A DNA stretch of 64,000 bases from Chlorokybus atmophyticus (taxonomy: Eukaryota > Plantae > Mesostigma and Chlorokybus algae), in assembly GCA_009103225.1 (NCBI GenBank), contig RHPI01002402.1, positions 777,412-841,411 of the forward strand. Direction: 5' to 3'. The notes beneath the pieces are model-generated. The model was not told the DNA's origin and did no database searches. It saw only the letters and a list, made by a program, of their open reading frames with translations. Position numbers and translations under genes: made by a program. This document shows, piece after piece, positions 1 to 11,931 of the stretch (the first letter of the stretch is position 1; each line of letters starts with the position of its first letter).

Positions 1-2300
1 ATTGCCAATGCAGGCAACACAGCGACTTAGTTGCTTGGTTACGTACCGTTAGCTCTGTGAGCGCTAAAACTGGTGCCGAGATGCCCACTCTCGGGCATGT
101 CACGGTGCATGTCCATGCCAAACTCCCATTGTTGTGCAGCTTGCTGTCTATTGGGAGCCGACGCTTGCGCTGTGAAAAGCTGCTTTTAACCAGCGGCATC
201 ACCTCTCGCACCCACTCGCAAACCGATGGCGCGAGGTCAATATGGACAGGCTGAATCCCGACGTGCAAGTTCGCGTGCAGTTCGGAGGGAAATGCCAAGG
301 CCTGCAAGCAATTGAACTCAGTCGGCACAATGCCTTGTTGATACAACGTTATGGCAATGCCATGAAATTACCTACCTGCAACAGCAGAGCTGTAAAGGTA
401 GGCAGTTGTGCCTTGACATGCACACCTTCCGAGTGCACAGTGGGAATGACTGTGGGCCCAAGCGACACCTGCAAGATTGGTTGAAAAACAGCAGGACTGG
501 GCAGCAACTGCGACCTGCATGTTCAACCTCTCGGCATACCTCAAGTTGGCTGTAGGACGCAGCGACAGCAGTCTGCGCCGAGGCATCAGCATGGTCCCAG
601 ACTCCAGTACTTGTAGACGTTTCACTCGTGTTTGGTTCCAGTGCAGCAGTAATATTGCTTACTGAAACGGCAGTGACACCAGCAGCGTTGCGCATGGAAA
701 ACCGCACTATGACCTTGCCCAACCACAAGTCCACCTGCATGTGCAAGATGACCTTGGTAAAACCAGCAAGCTACCGCAGAGCAAGCTCAGTTACCTGATC
801 TGGTGCCTTCGCGAACAGGTCAGCCTTTGGGTTGTGGGCATCACCTTGCCTTGGTTGGGTGATGCGAGGATGAGCCAACCTCTTTTGTTTGCGACGTTCA
901 TACCAACTGAGAAGTCCTTCGGACATGTCGACACGAACCTCTTGGCAGTTGACTGATACAAAGTTGCACAGCACACCATGCTCACCAGTCCTGCCGTAAA
1001 CAGGTTGATTAAGGCACTCAGACTCGTGCTTAACATCATCATGACGCAACAGCTGGGTTGTAGAAAAGACTTGTGCAACACTACTAAGTTTCACCTGCAC
1101 ACTCCACGTTGAAACTTCCCATCCAATTGCAGCTCTTTCAAGTGCAGGCCATCTGCACCGCCAAGGTTTGCCTCGTGTGCGCTGTCTGTTTGGTCAGTAT
1201 GCACCGCAAGCTTATGTACGGCGACTTTGATCCCCAACATGTCTCCGGCTTCGTGCTTGTGTGCGGAGGCACTGAAGCTGAGTTTATGGATAACCAACTG
1301 GACGCCAGCAACCTGTTACGAACAGGATGTGAGCTGCCTGAACCCCGTGATGCCTTCACCTCATGCTGGGTGCCGAACTCTAGTTCCTGCTGTGACTTGG
1401 CGAGAGCATTTGAAAACAGGCCTTACAAAATAACTGAACAAGCAACCACAAACTACAACAAGCACTTCAGCATTGCAAGAGCCATTACCTGTGTAGCATC
1501 GACATTGAGCTCTGTAAACTTGACCTCAAGCAACCTCGCGATACGACCGATCAAGTGCCATTTGGTTCGCGCCCAGCCCGAAGTGAGACGACTCTGCCTC
1601 GCGGTGTTCGGGCTGAGCACAGCAGCATCCTGGCGTGCATCTTTGGGCCGCAGCAGCACATGCAGCCGGCGCACAGTGACCGGTAGCCTGACTGGACCTT
1701 TACGGATGAGGGCCAGGAGAGCGCCATTGTACGAGACTTCGCTGGCTCGTATGTGAGCAATGGGGCCCTGTCAGCCAAACCATCAGTACACAGCCAATAT
1801 CGAACTAAAAGGAATTGGCGACCTGCTGTGCCATGATTGCTACATGTGCACGCCTAATTTTCTCATGCCACTGTGCCAATTAGGGAATGAGACGTACCTT
1901 GCGTAAAGCCAACGTGACATTTTTCAGGCTGCCAAACTGGATGGAACCAATGCGCAGCTGGAGGCCCAGAAACTTCCGAGCAGCAAAAGATGCTGCTTGT
2001 CCAAGAAGCCTGCAGATGTTGAACACATTTGCAACGGGCAACAGCATAGCAGTCGGCTGCAAAAACTATTTGCAGCACACAGAAGCAAAGTATGAAGCAA
2101 AGAAGCTGATTTCCCCATGCTACATGCGGCCTACCGACACAATGCAGGTTGACAAGCACACGCATCATCAACTGGCAAGCGTCGGCAAACGTTCATGCTG
2201 CAGTATGGTAAGTGCATGCACGCTATCCTGACCTGGCAAGCAGGCGTCCTGCTAAGAGCAGCAAGACAATGTACACCAGGACGAGGCGCAGGTCGACCAT
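1..2300 (-). CDS. SABRE/KIP/FMP27 (BLTP2) bridge-like lipid transfer protein, 5' part; gene runs off the window edge
   Basis: ATG at 2300 gives MVDLRLVLVYIVLLLLAGRLLAR, an N-terminal anchor, spliced to LLGQAASFAARKFLGLQLRIGSIQFGSLKNV. Later exons encode ARTKWHLIGRIARLLEVKFTEL and LAWTCTVTCPRVG, which resemble plant SABRE segments (GKWMLIANIARYLSV; WTCTVSAP) recalled from memory. In-phase GT-AG junctions at about 793/735, 538/469 and 374. Confidence 0.7.
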
Positions 2301-3218
2301 TGCTGCGCCGACGGCGAGCGGCCATGGTCGTGCTACTAGCCGTGCCCCACGCAAGCCCAGCTGCAGCAAGCAACCGCCCGCCTGCACCACTCTACGCCCA
2401 TCACAACTTCAAGCGCAGCTCACCCAAGCATTAGCACACCATGTGCCAGAAGCAGCGACGAGCACAGCGCGCCGCAAGGATAACACGGAGTGACGAGCAA
2501 TCAGATTTGCAAGCACAGCAGTCTAATGTGGAAGCACGATTGAGCCTCCCAGCTCCGCTTCTCCGCCTTACACCCCGCGGACAGCACCGCCGCCAACACT
2601 GCTCGCGCCAAAGTGATGGGCGTTCACTGATCCCGTTTCCTGTCCGCAAACTGTCGTTGATCATTGCGTTGACTGAGCATTGTTGAGCGCTCACCAAAGG
2701 CAGCATTATCAATACATCCATGTATCAATCGCATTGTGGCTCACAATGCGATTGACAATTTGTGAGTCACAGTTTGTAACTCACATCGTGTGAGTCCTGA
2801 GCGGGTTCAGGATCGAGGAAGATGCACGTGAGTGGTGCGGAACCCACCTTGCTCTGACGAACAGCTTGTTACTTGGCAAGATTGTTGTGTCTTGATGTTG
2901 CGAACCATCGTGCACGTCCGTTGCCATAGTAAAATAACTCCTAGTCGCAAGGGAGTGAGTAACAAGTCTTGAACTGCTACGTGAAAGCATTTGCAGCAAA
3001 TAACCCATACTGGGTTTGACAAACGTTGGATAATTATGTCACGCTATACATTGCAAAATCAACAGAAATTGCAAGGTGATCACGTAACATTGAGTAATCA
3101 CACACAACCTTGCATTTAACCATTAACCATTTAACCATTTCAATTATATAAGCTTGCAACTAGAGAGACGGCATAACCCGCCTGCGTCGCCAACATCGTT
3201 CGTGGCGACATGCAACTG

Positions 3219-4903
3219 CTACAAGCGTGAAGAGGGTGTGCTCACGGCCAACACTACAGACCCTACCAACACCATGGCTTCCCGTTCTTCGATTGAGCAA
3301 CGAAAAGCAACCCTGCCATCCAGCAATGATCAGTAAGAGTACCAGCTGCAAGCATGCAACGTCGAGATATGGATCCAAGCAGTGCATTGTGCGCAGCCAA
3401 GAGCTTACACTTGCAAGCATGTGCGCAATGCTTTTAGCACGTGGGATTGTTAAGCAGATGCCAGTACGAACCACACAAACCAAAGCCATACGCTGCAGCA
3501 GCAACACCTGTGCAGCCACTTGCAGCCTTAGCTCAAGCCCCTGCAGCATACCTGTCTTGGTCCAGATTCCAAATCGCAACAACAATGACCTCTCCTGGGT
3601 ACACATGTCCCGTAAACCGGCCTTGTATTTGCCTCAACCGTTGACAGTCGCCAGCAGCACAATGGCGGATGATCAGCCTTGCAGCAACACCAAAAGTGCA
3701 GAGCCCATGCAGGATGGGGCGCTCATAACCCACACGCTTCGCCAGCTCAGGGTCAGCATGCAAGGGGTTCATGTCGCCGCATAACCTGCAGGAACCCTGT
3801 GTTCGATACAGCCTGGACCAACAACTGTCCACCCAGCAAAATGCAACCTGTAACAACAGGTGCACACCTGTACAGTAAAGCCTGTGCTTGGGTAGTTCGA
3901 TACTTCAACACCTTATCGGGTGGTCGGTCTTGTGAGGATTGGTCTGTCTTACTTTGTGAAGCTATCTTGGGTTGGCCTGGGATGGAGAGTGAGCAGCAGA
4001 AGTGCACACGTAAGCAAGAAAGAGTGACATGGATGTTGGCAACCCGTCATCGACATTCTTAGAACTGTTGCAGCGGCAGCATTCACCTGCTTTACTGGAG
4101 GACGTCGCAAAGCCTCCAGCATCTCGCAACACGCATGTTGATCTGTTGGGTGGAAGGCACGATGAAAGCAAGGACATACCCACAACATCAACCTTGTGAG
4201 GCAGACGAGCATACCTATTGACGCAGATAAGCTCTCCTGTCTCGTCGTCCCTGCTCTCTGTTTCAAAGGTCACCAGTGCATGGCGACCCTTGTCTTGCAA
4301 GTCGGTGACTTTTAGTCTGCTGTTCACATGCCCACTTGTGCGCAGCAGGTATGGTGTGCACACAATGAGCTCCTGTTCTCCGTGCAGCAGACGCGCAGGG
4401 TCGAAGGTTAGGCCTGGTGTGCGTGCGAGGGCTTCAAGAGCCAAAGGTGCAAATAGCGTTGCCAATGTCGGAAGCACCTGCGAAGCGAGCAACAGTCCAG
4501 ATCTAATTTACAGCACTACGTGCTGTCTAGGCACCATTGTGTGCATGCTGCAGTACAAGTTTGTCTGAATTACATGTTGTCTCACATGTACAACCACATT
4601 GCATGGTACAATGGTACCATGCTTGGAAAGTCAGACTGTGCAGCAGCTGATGGCAGTATAAAGAAAGCATGCACGTAACTACCCAATGCGATAAGCTACA
4701 GTAAACGCGGTAGACGGGCGCAGAGACCATTGCTCTACCTGTTGTCCTCCAGCAGCACGCTCGTAGCCCAGCCTCAGATCCTGCTCGTCGGTGGCGTCCT
4801 CGGCCGCCGCCCCCACAGCGAGCGCGTACAGCGTGACGTCCCTCTCCGTCCACTCGTACGCCACAGCAGGAAACTCGTGCGCCTTCGCCCGGGCCGGGTC
4901 CAT
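3219..4903 (-). CDS. ECH2: Peroxisomal enoyl-CoA hydratase 2 (MaoC double hot-dog fold)
   Basis: Six in-phase exons: 4903-4739, 4477-4215, 4142-4087, 3976-3868, 3785-3552, 3312-3219. Motifs YTERDVTLYAL-like, LLHGEQ, LQDKG and GDMNPLHADPELAKRVGYERPILHGLCTFG. Ends in SRL*, a PTS1 signal. Confidence 0.95.
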
Positions 4904-5430
4904 GAGCCCCTCCCTCTGGCCTGACCAATCCACCCGGCCCAGCGCTGTCCTGCTGGCCTGGTCTGGTCTGGTCTAGTCCGGCTTGGCTGCTTGGCTTGGT
5001 GGGACAAACTAGCCTGGCGCGGATCAGCACGAGCCGCCGCATACAACGACCGGGATGAGCATCTGACGTGGCAGTCAGCTTGGAATGCGGCGAGTCGGGG
5101 CTGTGTGTCCGTGATACCCCTTCGCTGCGAGCCGCGGCCACGCTGGCTGATTGGCGCACTTTTTGTGCGTTTTGTGTGCTGAGCTGCCGAGACACAGAAG
5201 CGGAGAGCGGAGAGCGGAGAGCGGAAAGGACACTGAGGACTCCTCAGTGAGGAGACCCTTTAAGCGCCCAAACGCCGTGGCTGCCTGTGCTCGTTACACT
5301 GTTTAACTCGCACATTAGAGCAGTTGATACATCTTTAGTTGGTGCAGTAGGCAGTGGAGTTGAGCTTGAAGCTTAGGTTACAGGCCAGTTGCTGGTATTG
5401 GTGGTGGCACTGCTGCTTCCTGCGTAAAGC

Positions 5431-7116
5431 ATGGCGTCGCAGGCGGCTTTGTCGTCGTTGCCATACTCGACCTCGTCGGTGTCTGGTGCACGCATTCATG
5501 CTGCTTCCGAAGCGTTGCAGCATGCAGCAGGACACCCTGTTGGTGGTCGCCAAGCGCGCAGCAGTGTTTGGAAGGTGGGCGGCGGGAACAGGCAGAGGAG
5601 TGGGCTGGCATGCGGGAGGGGGAACGGCAGGAGAGTGTGCGTCTGTGAGGCGGTACAGCGTCCCCCAGTTGCTGTCGCAGACTCTTTGCGGGCGCGATAC
5701 GAGGAGAGGCTGAAGGACGTCGTCGAATCCCATCAACTGGCATATGGTGAGCTAACAGGTTGTTTTCAACAGCTGCAATTATTATGGCGACAGTTTGTTT
5801 GAATATCAGCTCCAAACCTTCAAACCAGTTCGTTGTGCGTGAGTTACTTTGTGGAACTGAAAGAAGCACTGGCATGACCGGGGTATGCTGGCAGCACTTC
5901 TGAGGGCGTGGTATTTGGGTACCAGTTAGTGCTAGAGAAACATGCAAGCATGCACAGAGCCCTCCCACGTGGTGGGTGGGTGGGGGGGGGGGGGGCACAC
6001 TAGAATGAAGAATGAAGTGCATATTTACACGTGGCCTGCTTTGTGTGTCATGTGTTTTTGCGTTTGCCTTTGTTTGTGTGTGCGTTGATTGGTTGGTTAG
6101 TTTGGCTGTGTATGTGTGGGGAGAGCATGGGCACTGCTGGGTGGACAAAGAGTTGTGCTGGTATGAAGCATGATGTTGGCGTTCTGGTTGGACAGGCATC
6201 TTCTGGGAGGAGAAGAAGAAGTCGGCCTCGAAGGGGGTGTTAAAGTGGGAAGGCTGTTACAACAGCCCGACAAATGGCAAGAGTGCCCCTTACGTAAGCT
6301 GAGCTAAGTTTTACACGCATTTGCTGTACAGGCCCATTCTCGTGGGCAGCACGCTAGGGCAGTGAAGTGTTCAATTTGCAGTCAGTTAAATTCTGCGTAT
6401 TGCACCTGTTAGGTGAACACGTACATCAAGTACGCCTCCAAGGACCCTGGTGCATCAAACAGTGGAGTCACTTTTGAGCCGGGTGAAGGGTAAGTCCATC
6501 CGTTCGATTTGTGTATATTGCATTATCCGTTAGTAATAACCGTCAGTAGCAACCTGTGCTATTGTTTAAGCTACATCAACCCTTGGTTGTTTGCAGTGTC
6601 CCAGGTAGAGCATACCAGCTTGGAGAAGAGTGGTACGTACGAGTGTTGCTGCTACTGAAGGAAACTGGGCATTGCTAACAATGCCTGTGCCGTACTTTTC
6701 GTGCACCATCCGAGAGCATTGCCAGCCCATGGGCCACAAGTAATGCACGTACATTTCTGGCAGGGTCACGGACGTGCTCACAGAGCTAAGTGTTGACGAC
6801 TTCCCCCGGAAGGCCCTTGCGCGTGCTGCCGGCATTCGCACCGTGTTTGCTGTGCGAGTGCCAGGAGGTGTTGCTGAGTGTGGTAGCCTCAGCCAGGCAA
6901 GTGCATGCGTTCATGTCTGCTTCTCCACTTGCGCATGGTACTGATGCATGACATTGCAGACACGTCATGTGTACAATATATGCCGTGCTGTGTATACGCC
7001 ATGCACAGCACTTCACACATCCTATGCACTGTCTGACCTTATTGTGTCCACAGTTGCCGCGACAAGATAATCTGCTCGCAAGCTTGAAGTCGGCATTTGC
7101 AACAAGCGTTGTGTAA
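5431..7116 (+). CDS. Stand-alone bHLH-MYC N-terminal/GAF-like domain protein with a putative plastid transit peptide (~240 aa)
   Basis: Six in-phase exons: 5431-5746, 6196-6293, 6413-6489, 6597-6632, 6764-6896 (GC donor), 7054-7116. They encode LAYGIFW..GVLKWEGCYN..FEPGEGVPGRAYQLGEEWVTD..AGIRTVFAVRVPGGVAECGS, the MYC_N/LHW-type GAF-like pattern. No bHLH domain follows before the stop. Confidence 0.8.
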
Positions 7117-7296
7117 GGTCAAGGCTGCAAGGCGTGACATGGACAGTATTCCAACTTGTGTACAGTTATTGTAGATTGTTATTGATTGTTGTAGTGCGAG
7201 CTGCTAAGGAGATAATTGAGGTTGCTGGCTGAGTTCAGCTCAAACACATGGACTACTGCAGTACACGATTGTTAGTCGCCTCCAGATCATCTGCTG

Positions 7297-8667
7297 TCAG
7301 CTTGTGCTCTTTGCAACGAAGAGTCCAGAACCACCCGGTTGCAGCACAACGATTGGCGGCGCGGGTGTGTCCCTGGCCTCTGCACTCTCAACTGGCTGTG
7401 CAGGTTTGCCATCGCCATCAACATCACCTCCATTCATGGCAGAGATGTCAACGGTGTACACAGTGACTGGCAACGCTGTGCCATCATTCGTGTGACCGCC
7501 CGCATCGCCAGTTGGGTTCTCCACATCACCATTGGCCTGAGCACCATTGTTCCCTGCTGTAACGTGAGAGCCGCGCCGCAGCTGTCGCCTTTGTCGCAAG
7601 CAGCTGCACAGGTTCCATGCAAATGTAGCTAGTGCCACCGCGACCACCGCAATCTTGCGACACACGGGTGTGAGCATACATGTTGATGCTTGCACATGTA
7701 TAACCTTTGGCCAGCTATGCAATATGCATCAAGTGCATCTTGATGGACAACTACTGAGCTGCTAGAAACCGCAGCAACTTGCTGTTGAGAAGAAGATGCT
7801 GAATGCCCTCGCAGTAACAGACATGTGCAGCACCAACCGATTGTAGAAAACTGCCCAGGTGGCTGTGCATCATGCAACACCGAATGAGATGAAGATCCGT
7901 GCACAATACCGTGAAGATGACGACGGAGGTGGTGAGCATGGTGGAGCTGCCATTCCCCGTGGTGGGCGGCAAGGTTGGAGACGGCGCCTGCGCTATGAAT
8001 GGGTAGGGAGGCGGAGCGAGAGGGGTGCCTGGCCAAGCGCACACAGGTGTGCTAAGAATGAGCGGCCGTTGCAAACGTTGTGCATAAGAGCAGGTAAGCT
8101 CTCGGCTCTGGGCCCTGCAAACTATCCGCAAAACTCAGCAAGCAGTTTGGCAGACTCCTCCTAGCCATCACCAATTAAGCTATCTGCTGAGCGTCAAGCA
8201 GATGAAATGACAAGAGCCCTTCAGTAATTGTTGAACATTGCATGCATGCAGACTTTTCACAAGCACAGCACTGCACCACAATTTGTACGCACGCGAGGTC
8301 GCTCCTCCGTTGACTCTGCTGCATGCAAAACGCAAGCAGCAGAGTCAACGGAGTCTGCGTTTTGCATGCAGCGGTTGCTTCACAACAGCATAGAGCCATA
8401 GGTTGCATGCATGTTTGCGTCAAGCATGCATGACGCAAGCATACTCACTTTCAACCATCTCCGCTGGCTTACCTTCAAGTTGTTGAGCTGAACGTGCACG
8501 AAGCAGCTGCGAATGTAACATCCCTGCTGCAGACCACAAGCCTTAGGCAGAGCACGGGGCGGACGGCGGCGGCTTGCCAACCCAGCCATGGTGAGTAGTC
8601 TGCTGTGACGCAGCAACCGCCCGCCCATCCCAGCCTGCGCTTGTGGCAGAACGTCAAACGCCGTCAT
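7297..8667 (-). CDS. Small single-pass membrane protein (gene A); 5' end uncertain
   Basis: The exon ending TSVVIFT (GT donor) joins in phase 0 to IAVVAVALATFAWNLC, forming a TM helix, then a cytosolic tail ending PIVVLQPGGSGLFVAKSTS*. A Pro/Thr-rich stalk precedes the TM. First-exon frame not resolved. Confidence 0.55.
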
Positions 8668-9163
8668 GGTACGGCGACCAGCCAACAACGCCACCACTAC
8701 CGCCGCTGCCATCGCCAGAAGCCAACTCCTGACTGCCCATCAGAAAAAGACTGTGGTGACAAGCCAAGCACAGCGCTGCCCTAGCGCCATGCCAACTACA
8801 TCAACACAGGGGAGACACCTGCACTGCTGGTGTGATGAAGCACACTACCAGTAGTCAGCCTTCAATCTCACGTCTCTCTTGCGACTGCGCCACTTGCCTA
8901 CAGAGCCGTTGTTTCTGTGCCAGTTGCAAGAGACAGTTTAGCGTCAATTGGCCACTTGGGCAAGGCTCTCCCGGGGATAGTGGCATGGTGTGCACCTATT
9001 TCACAAACAATCCATGCAAACCGCATATGTTGTGCATTGCATGTGCTCAGTGTCATTGCACTACACCAGTGACAAAAACAATGACCTCACCGTGAGAGGT
9101 AACCGTATACAGAGCAATGAGTGGGTACATAATACCATGCGCGTGCACAATACAACCTATCTC

Positions 9164-11200
9164 CTAAACTATATCTATGCGGTGCTCACCACCACCTTGA
9201 CTAGAACTACTTCTACCAACACCACCACTACTACTACTGCTTGGCTGCTCCTCCCTTAACACCGGCAACTCATCACTGGCCCTCGCATGCATGACCAGTA
9301 TCTGCGGCGCATCCACGGATACCATATTGTGACAAGAAGAAGAGCTTCTTGAAACCGACCGAGAACACTCATCCGCCAACGCCGGATCCACACACGAGTC
9401 TTTGGCGGGAACAGCGATCATCTCCGTAAAGGTGCCATCGGGGAGGATGACCACTAAGGGAGCAGTGCCATTGGCAGCTTTGAGCTCAGATGTAGCGTCA
9501 TTCACTGTATCTCCGTGATGCTTTTCTGCACCCGAGTCAGCATCTTCAGGGTCGAAGTAGAACATCGGTACGTGTTGAGGGGCCCCACCGTTGGTGCTGT
9601 TGTGCGTGGCTTGAAGTGAGGGGCGCTGCGCCTGCCGCCGCTGCTGCGCCAGCCTCGGCATGCAGCGCCGAGAGCCGCATATGAACAGGCAAGTGATGAG
9701 GACAATGGATGCCAGCTGCACATGACCAACAATGTCCGTGAGTTGCACCGCCAGGGGAAAGACGAATGCAACGTATGTGGTTACGCGTTGCTCTTGGCAG
9801 ATGTTGTTACATAACATTGCCCAACATGTAAGAGCGAGGCGCGTATGCCACACAGTATAATGGCAAACGTTTTGCATCGTCATTCAACCAATCAGCAAGC
9901 ACAACAAGCAATACTCCGCAAGCAAACACCAAGGCTGAATATGGCAGAGAAGTGATTGCTACACAAGCCGCCGTGCATGTCCCACACTGATTAGAACAGC
10001 TACACATGAGCACATGAGCTTACCGAAATGCCTGTCAACCATAAGAATGCCCCAAACGTCAGAGACTGCTGACGACCTGAAGGACAGGATTACAAGGCGT
10101 CAGCTTCTGCCACGGCATATGACAAGAATGCAAGTCAACTCTGCTTCTTGTGTGCTCAAGATATATACGCCTATAAGCGCCATGAGACTGTTCAAACGCA
10201 GGAAACCCTCAACACCAACACGTGCTGAAAATAGCGACACAAAACGTGACACACAACCTTTGAAACGCACACACATGCTTAGCCTGACCTAACCCATCCT
10301 GGCTGTGTGTGGTGTGGGCATGGTGTGCGCAATCACAGAAATTTCCATGCACACGCGCGCACACTGCACACTTAAGAAACTGGTCTGGCTCTGGATGCTT
10401 CATCCAAATTACCTCATTACGTACAACTGGGTGAAGCATCCATACGCGTGCTGTCTGCATGATGCCGACAGCACGCATTGATGCAGCGCACAGGCAGTGG
10501 TTGTGACTCAACTCATGCAACCGCAAACGTGTACCCTACCTCATGTGAGGACACCAGAAAAGCTAAGCTCTTGCACAACCGCCTTAACGTCACCAACTTC
10601 CATACTAACGGTTCATGACAGCACATAGAGCCCAGACTGAATAAACGCTGATACACAGAGCGCATCCACCCCTGCACTCTCCGCCTGAGACTGGGCTGCA
10701 AGCTGAGCAGTTAGGATACAGGCCGCTATGCACAAGATGTGTTTCTTGCTGGGGACAACACCGTTGTTCATGCACTGACAAGCCGTCAGCCAACCAACTA
10801 CCACTCAGCTAGTATGGGGGCGTACTGGATGGCAGCTTTGAAACCAACTCACAACATCGTGGAAAGAGCGATTGCACCCGCAAACGCAGGAAATGAAAGA
10901 CTGTAACAGATGTAAAAGGTACGACATGGTTGCAGAAGTGGAAGCGAAAGGTGGGTGATATTAGCTGATGAGAACCAACAACTTGATGAAAAACTAAGAA
11001 GGCGAGAGGGAAGGGCACGTATATTTTGCAAGCAGAACAAACACATCAAGCCAGGCACGAAGTCACTCACTGTAGCTTCCGTAAACGCCAGTTTGCGACT
11101 GCGCGGCGGCTCTCCGCAGCAACGCCGACACCAGCAGCACCTCAAACACCGCCCGGCGAAGAGACCGCCCCTCCCGCCGCCTCCATCCCAGCCACTCCAT
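9164..11200 (-). CDS. Small single-pass membrane protein (gene B), probable paralog of gene A; internal exons uncertain
   Basis: ATG at 11200 gives a signal-peptide-like MEWLGW..AVFEVLLVSALLRRAAAQ with a GTGAGT donor at 11070. An exon at about 10082-10030 (LTFGAFLWLTGIS) joins in phase to LASIVLITCLFIC (TM). The tail contains PLVVILPDGTFTEMIAVPAK. Confidence 0.5.
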
Positions 11201-11311
11201 TATGCTACCCTACAGCCGTAAGCACACCTCCTCTACGGCCGTCCGCCTGTGCACCCACATGCAGTGGGCAGGCGGTCTCAACTTGTGTTGGATGAGTTTC
11301 TTGCCGCCTAA

Positions 11312-11931
11312 TCGAGCTTAGCAGCCTGCTGGTTGAAGTCGAAGGTAATCAAGCTGCTGTTGGTTCCGTCGCTGCTGCCTGCGCTACCACCGCCGCCGCC
11401 GCCAACGACCAAACCAATCAGCTCCTCCCCAACAGTGTCAATGTGGCTGACGGCACACACATGTTCTGTGCTCCTCTCTGAGTGTACGGGTGCTACGGTA
11501 TACCCTGGTCCGTTTTCGTACAAGCGTACACCCAATCAACGGACCAGTAAGTACCCTTTCTTGTGTGCCAGTTTAGCTTTTGGCACTCTACGGTGCTGGT
11601 GCTGCAGCATACCAGAAGCCGTTCCCTGGTCGAGCGCTCCATTCGCATTGTGCGATCAGCGCCAGTAGTACTGGCACCGGTCACGGTCACCAATCGTGAC
11701 ACGCTGTACTGCGCACTGCCAGAGCGTGTTCTGGCTGTCTTGTCGAGCAACTCGTGCACAATCGTACGCCACGCCGGCCTCTGCGAGAACGCGCGCCGAC
11801 TTATCATGCCAGAAGGCACGGTGTACTGTGATGATGACGTCGTCGCTGAGGAGATCTGCCCATCAGGACAGTGCTTTGTGGTAAGTTTGATTAAGAGGAC
11901 GACCTTGATGAGGACGCATTGCCTTGACTAG
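11312..11931 (+). pseudogene. Degenerate reading frame of unknown origin
   Basis: One frame reads ELSSLLVEVEGNQ..THMFCAPL*VYGC..STDQ*VPF..RDTLYCALPERV..GTVYCDDD..CFV with two internal stops and coding-like codon usage. Family not recognised. Confidence 0.3.

Noticed and set aside
1109-1756. 215-aa plus-strand ORF
   Set aside because: Lies antisense to SABRE-like exons that are supported by splice sites and homology.
8473-8657. In-frame TGA (8477-8475) just before the exon-1 donor of gene A, in a frame that splices in phase to the next exon (SCTFSSTT*S); possible second selenoprotein
   Set aside because: That frame has no ATG, and I found no SECIS (RUGA-AA-GA with paired helices) downstream of the stop at 7297. 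It is more likely an unresolved 5' exon structure.
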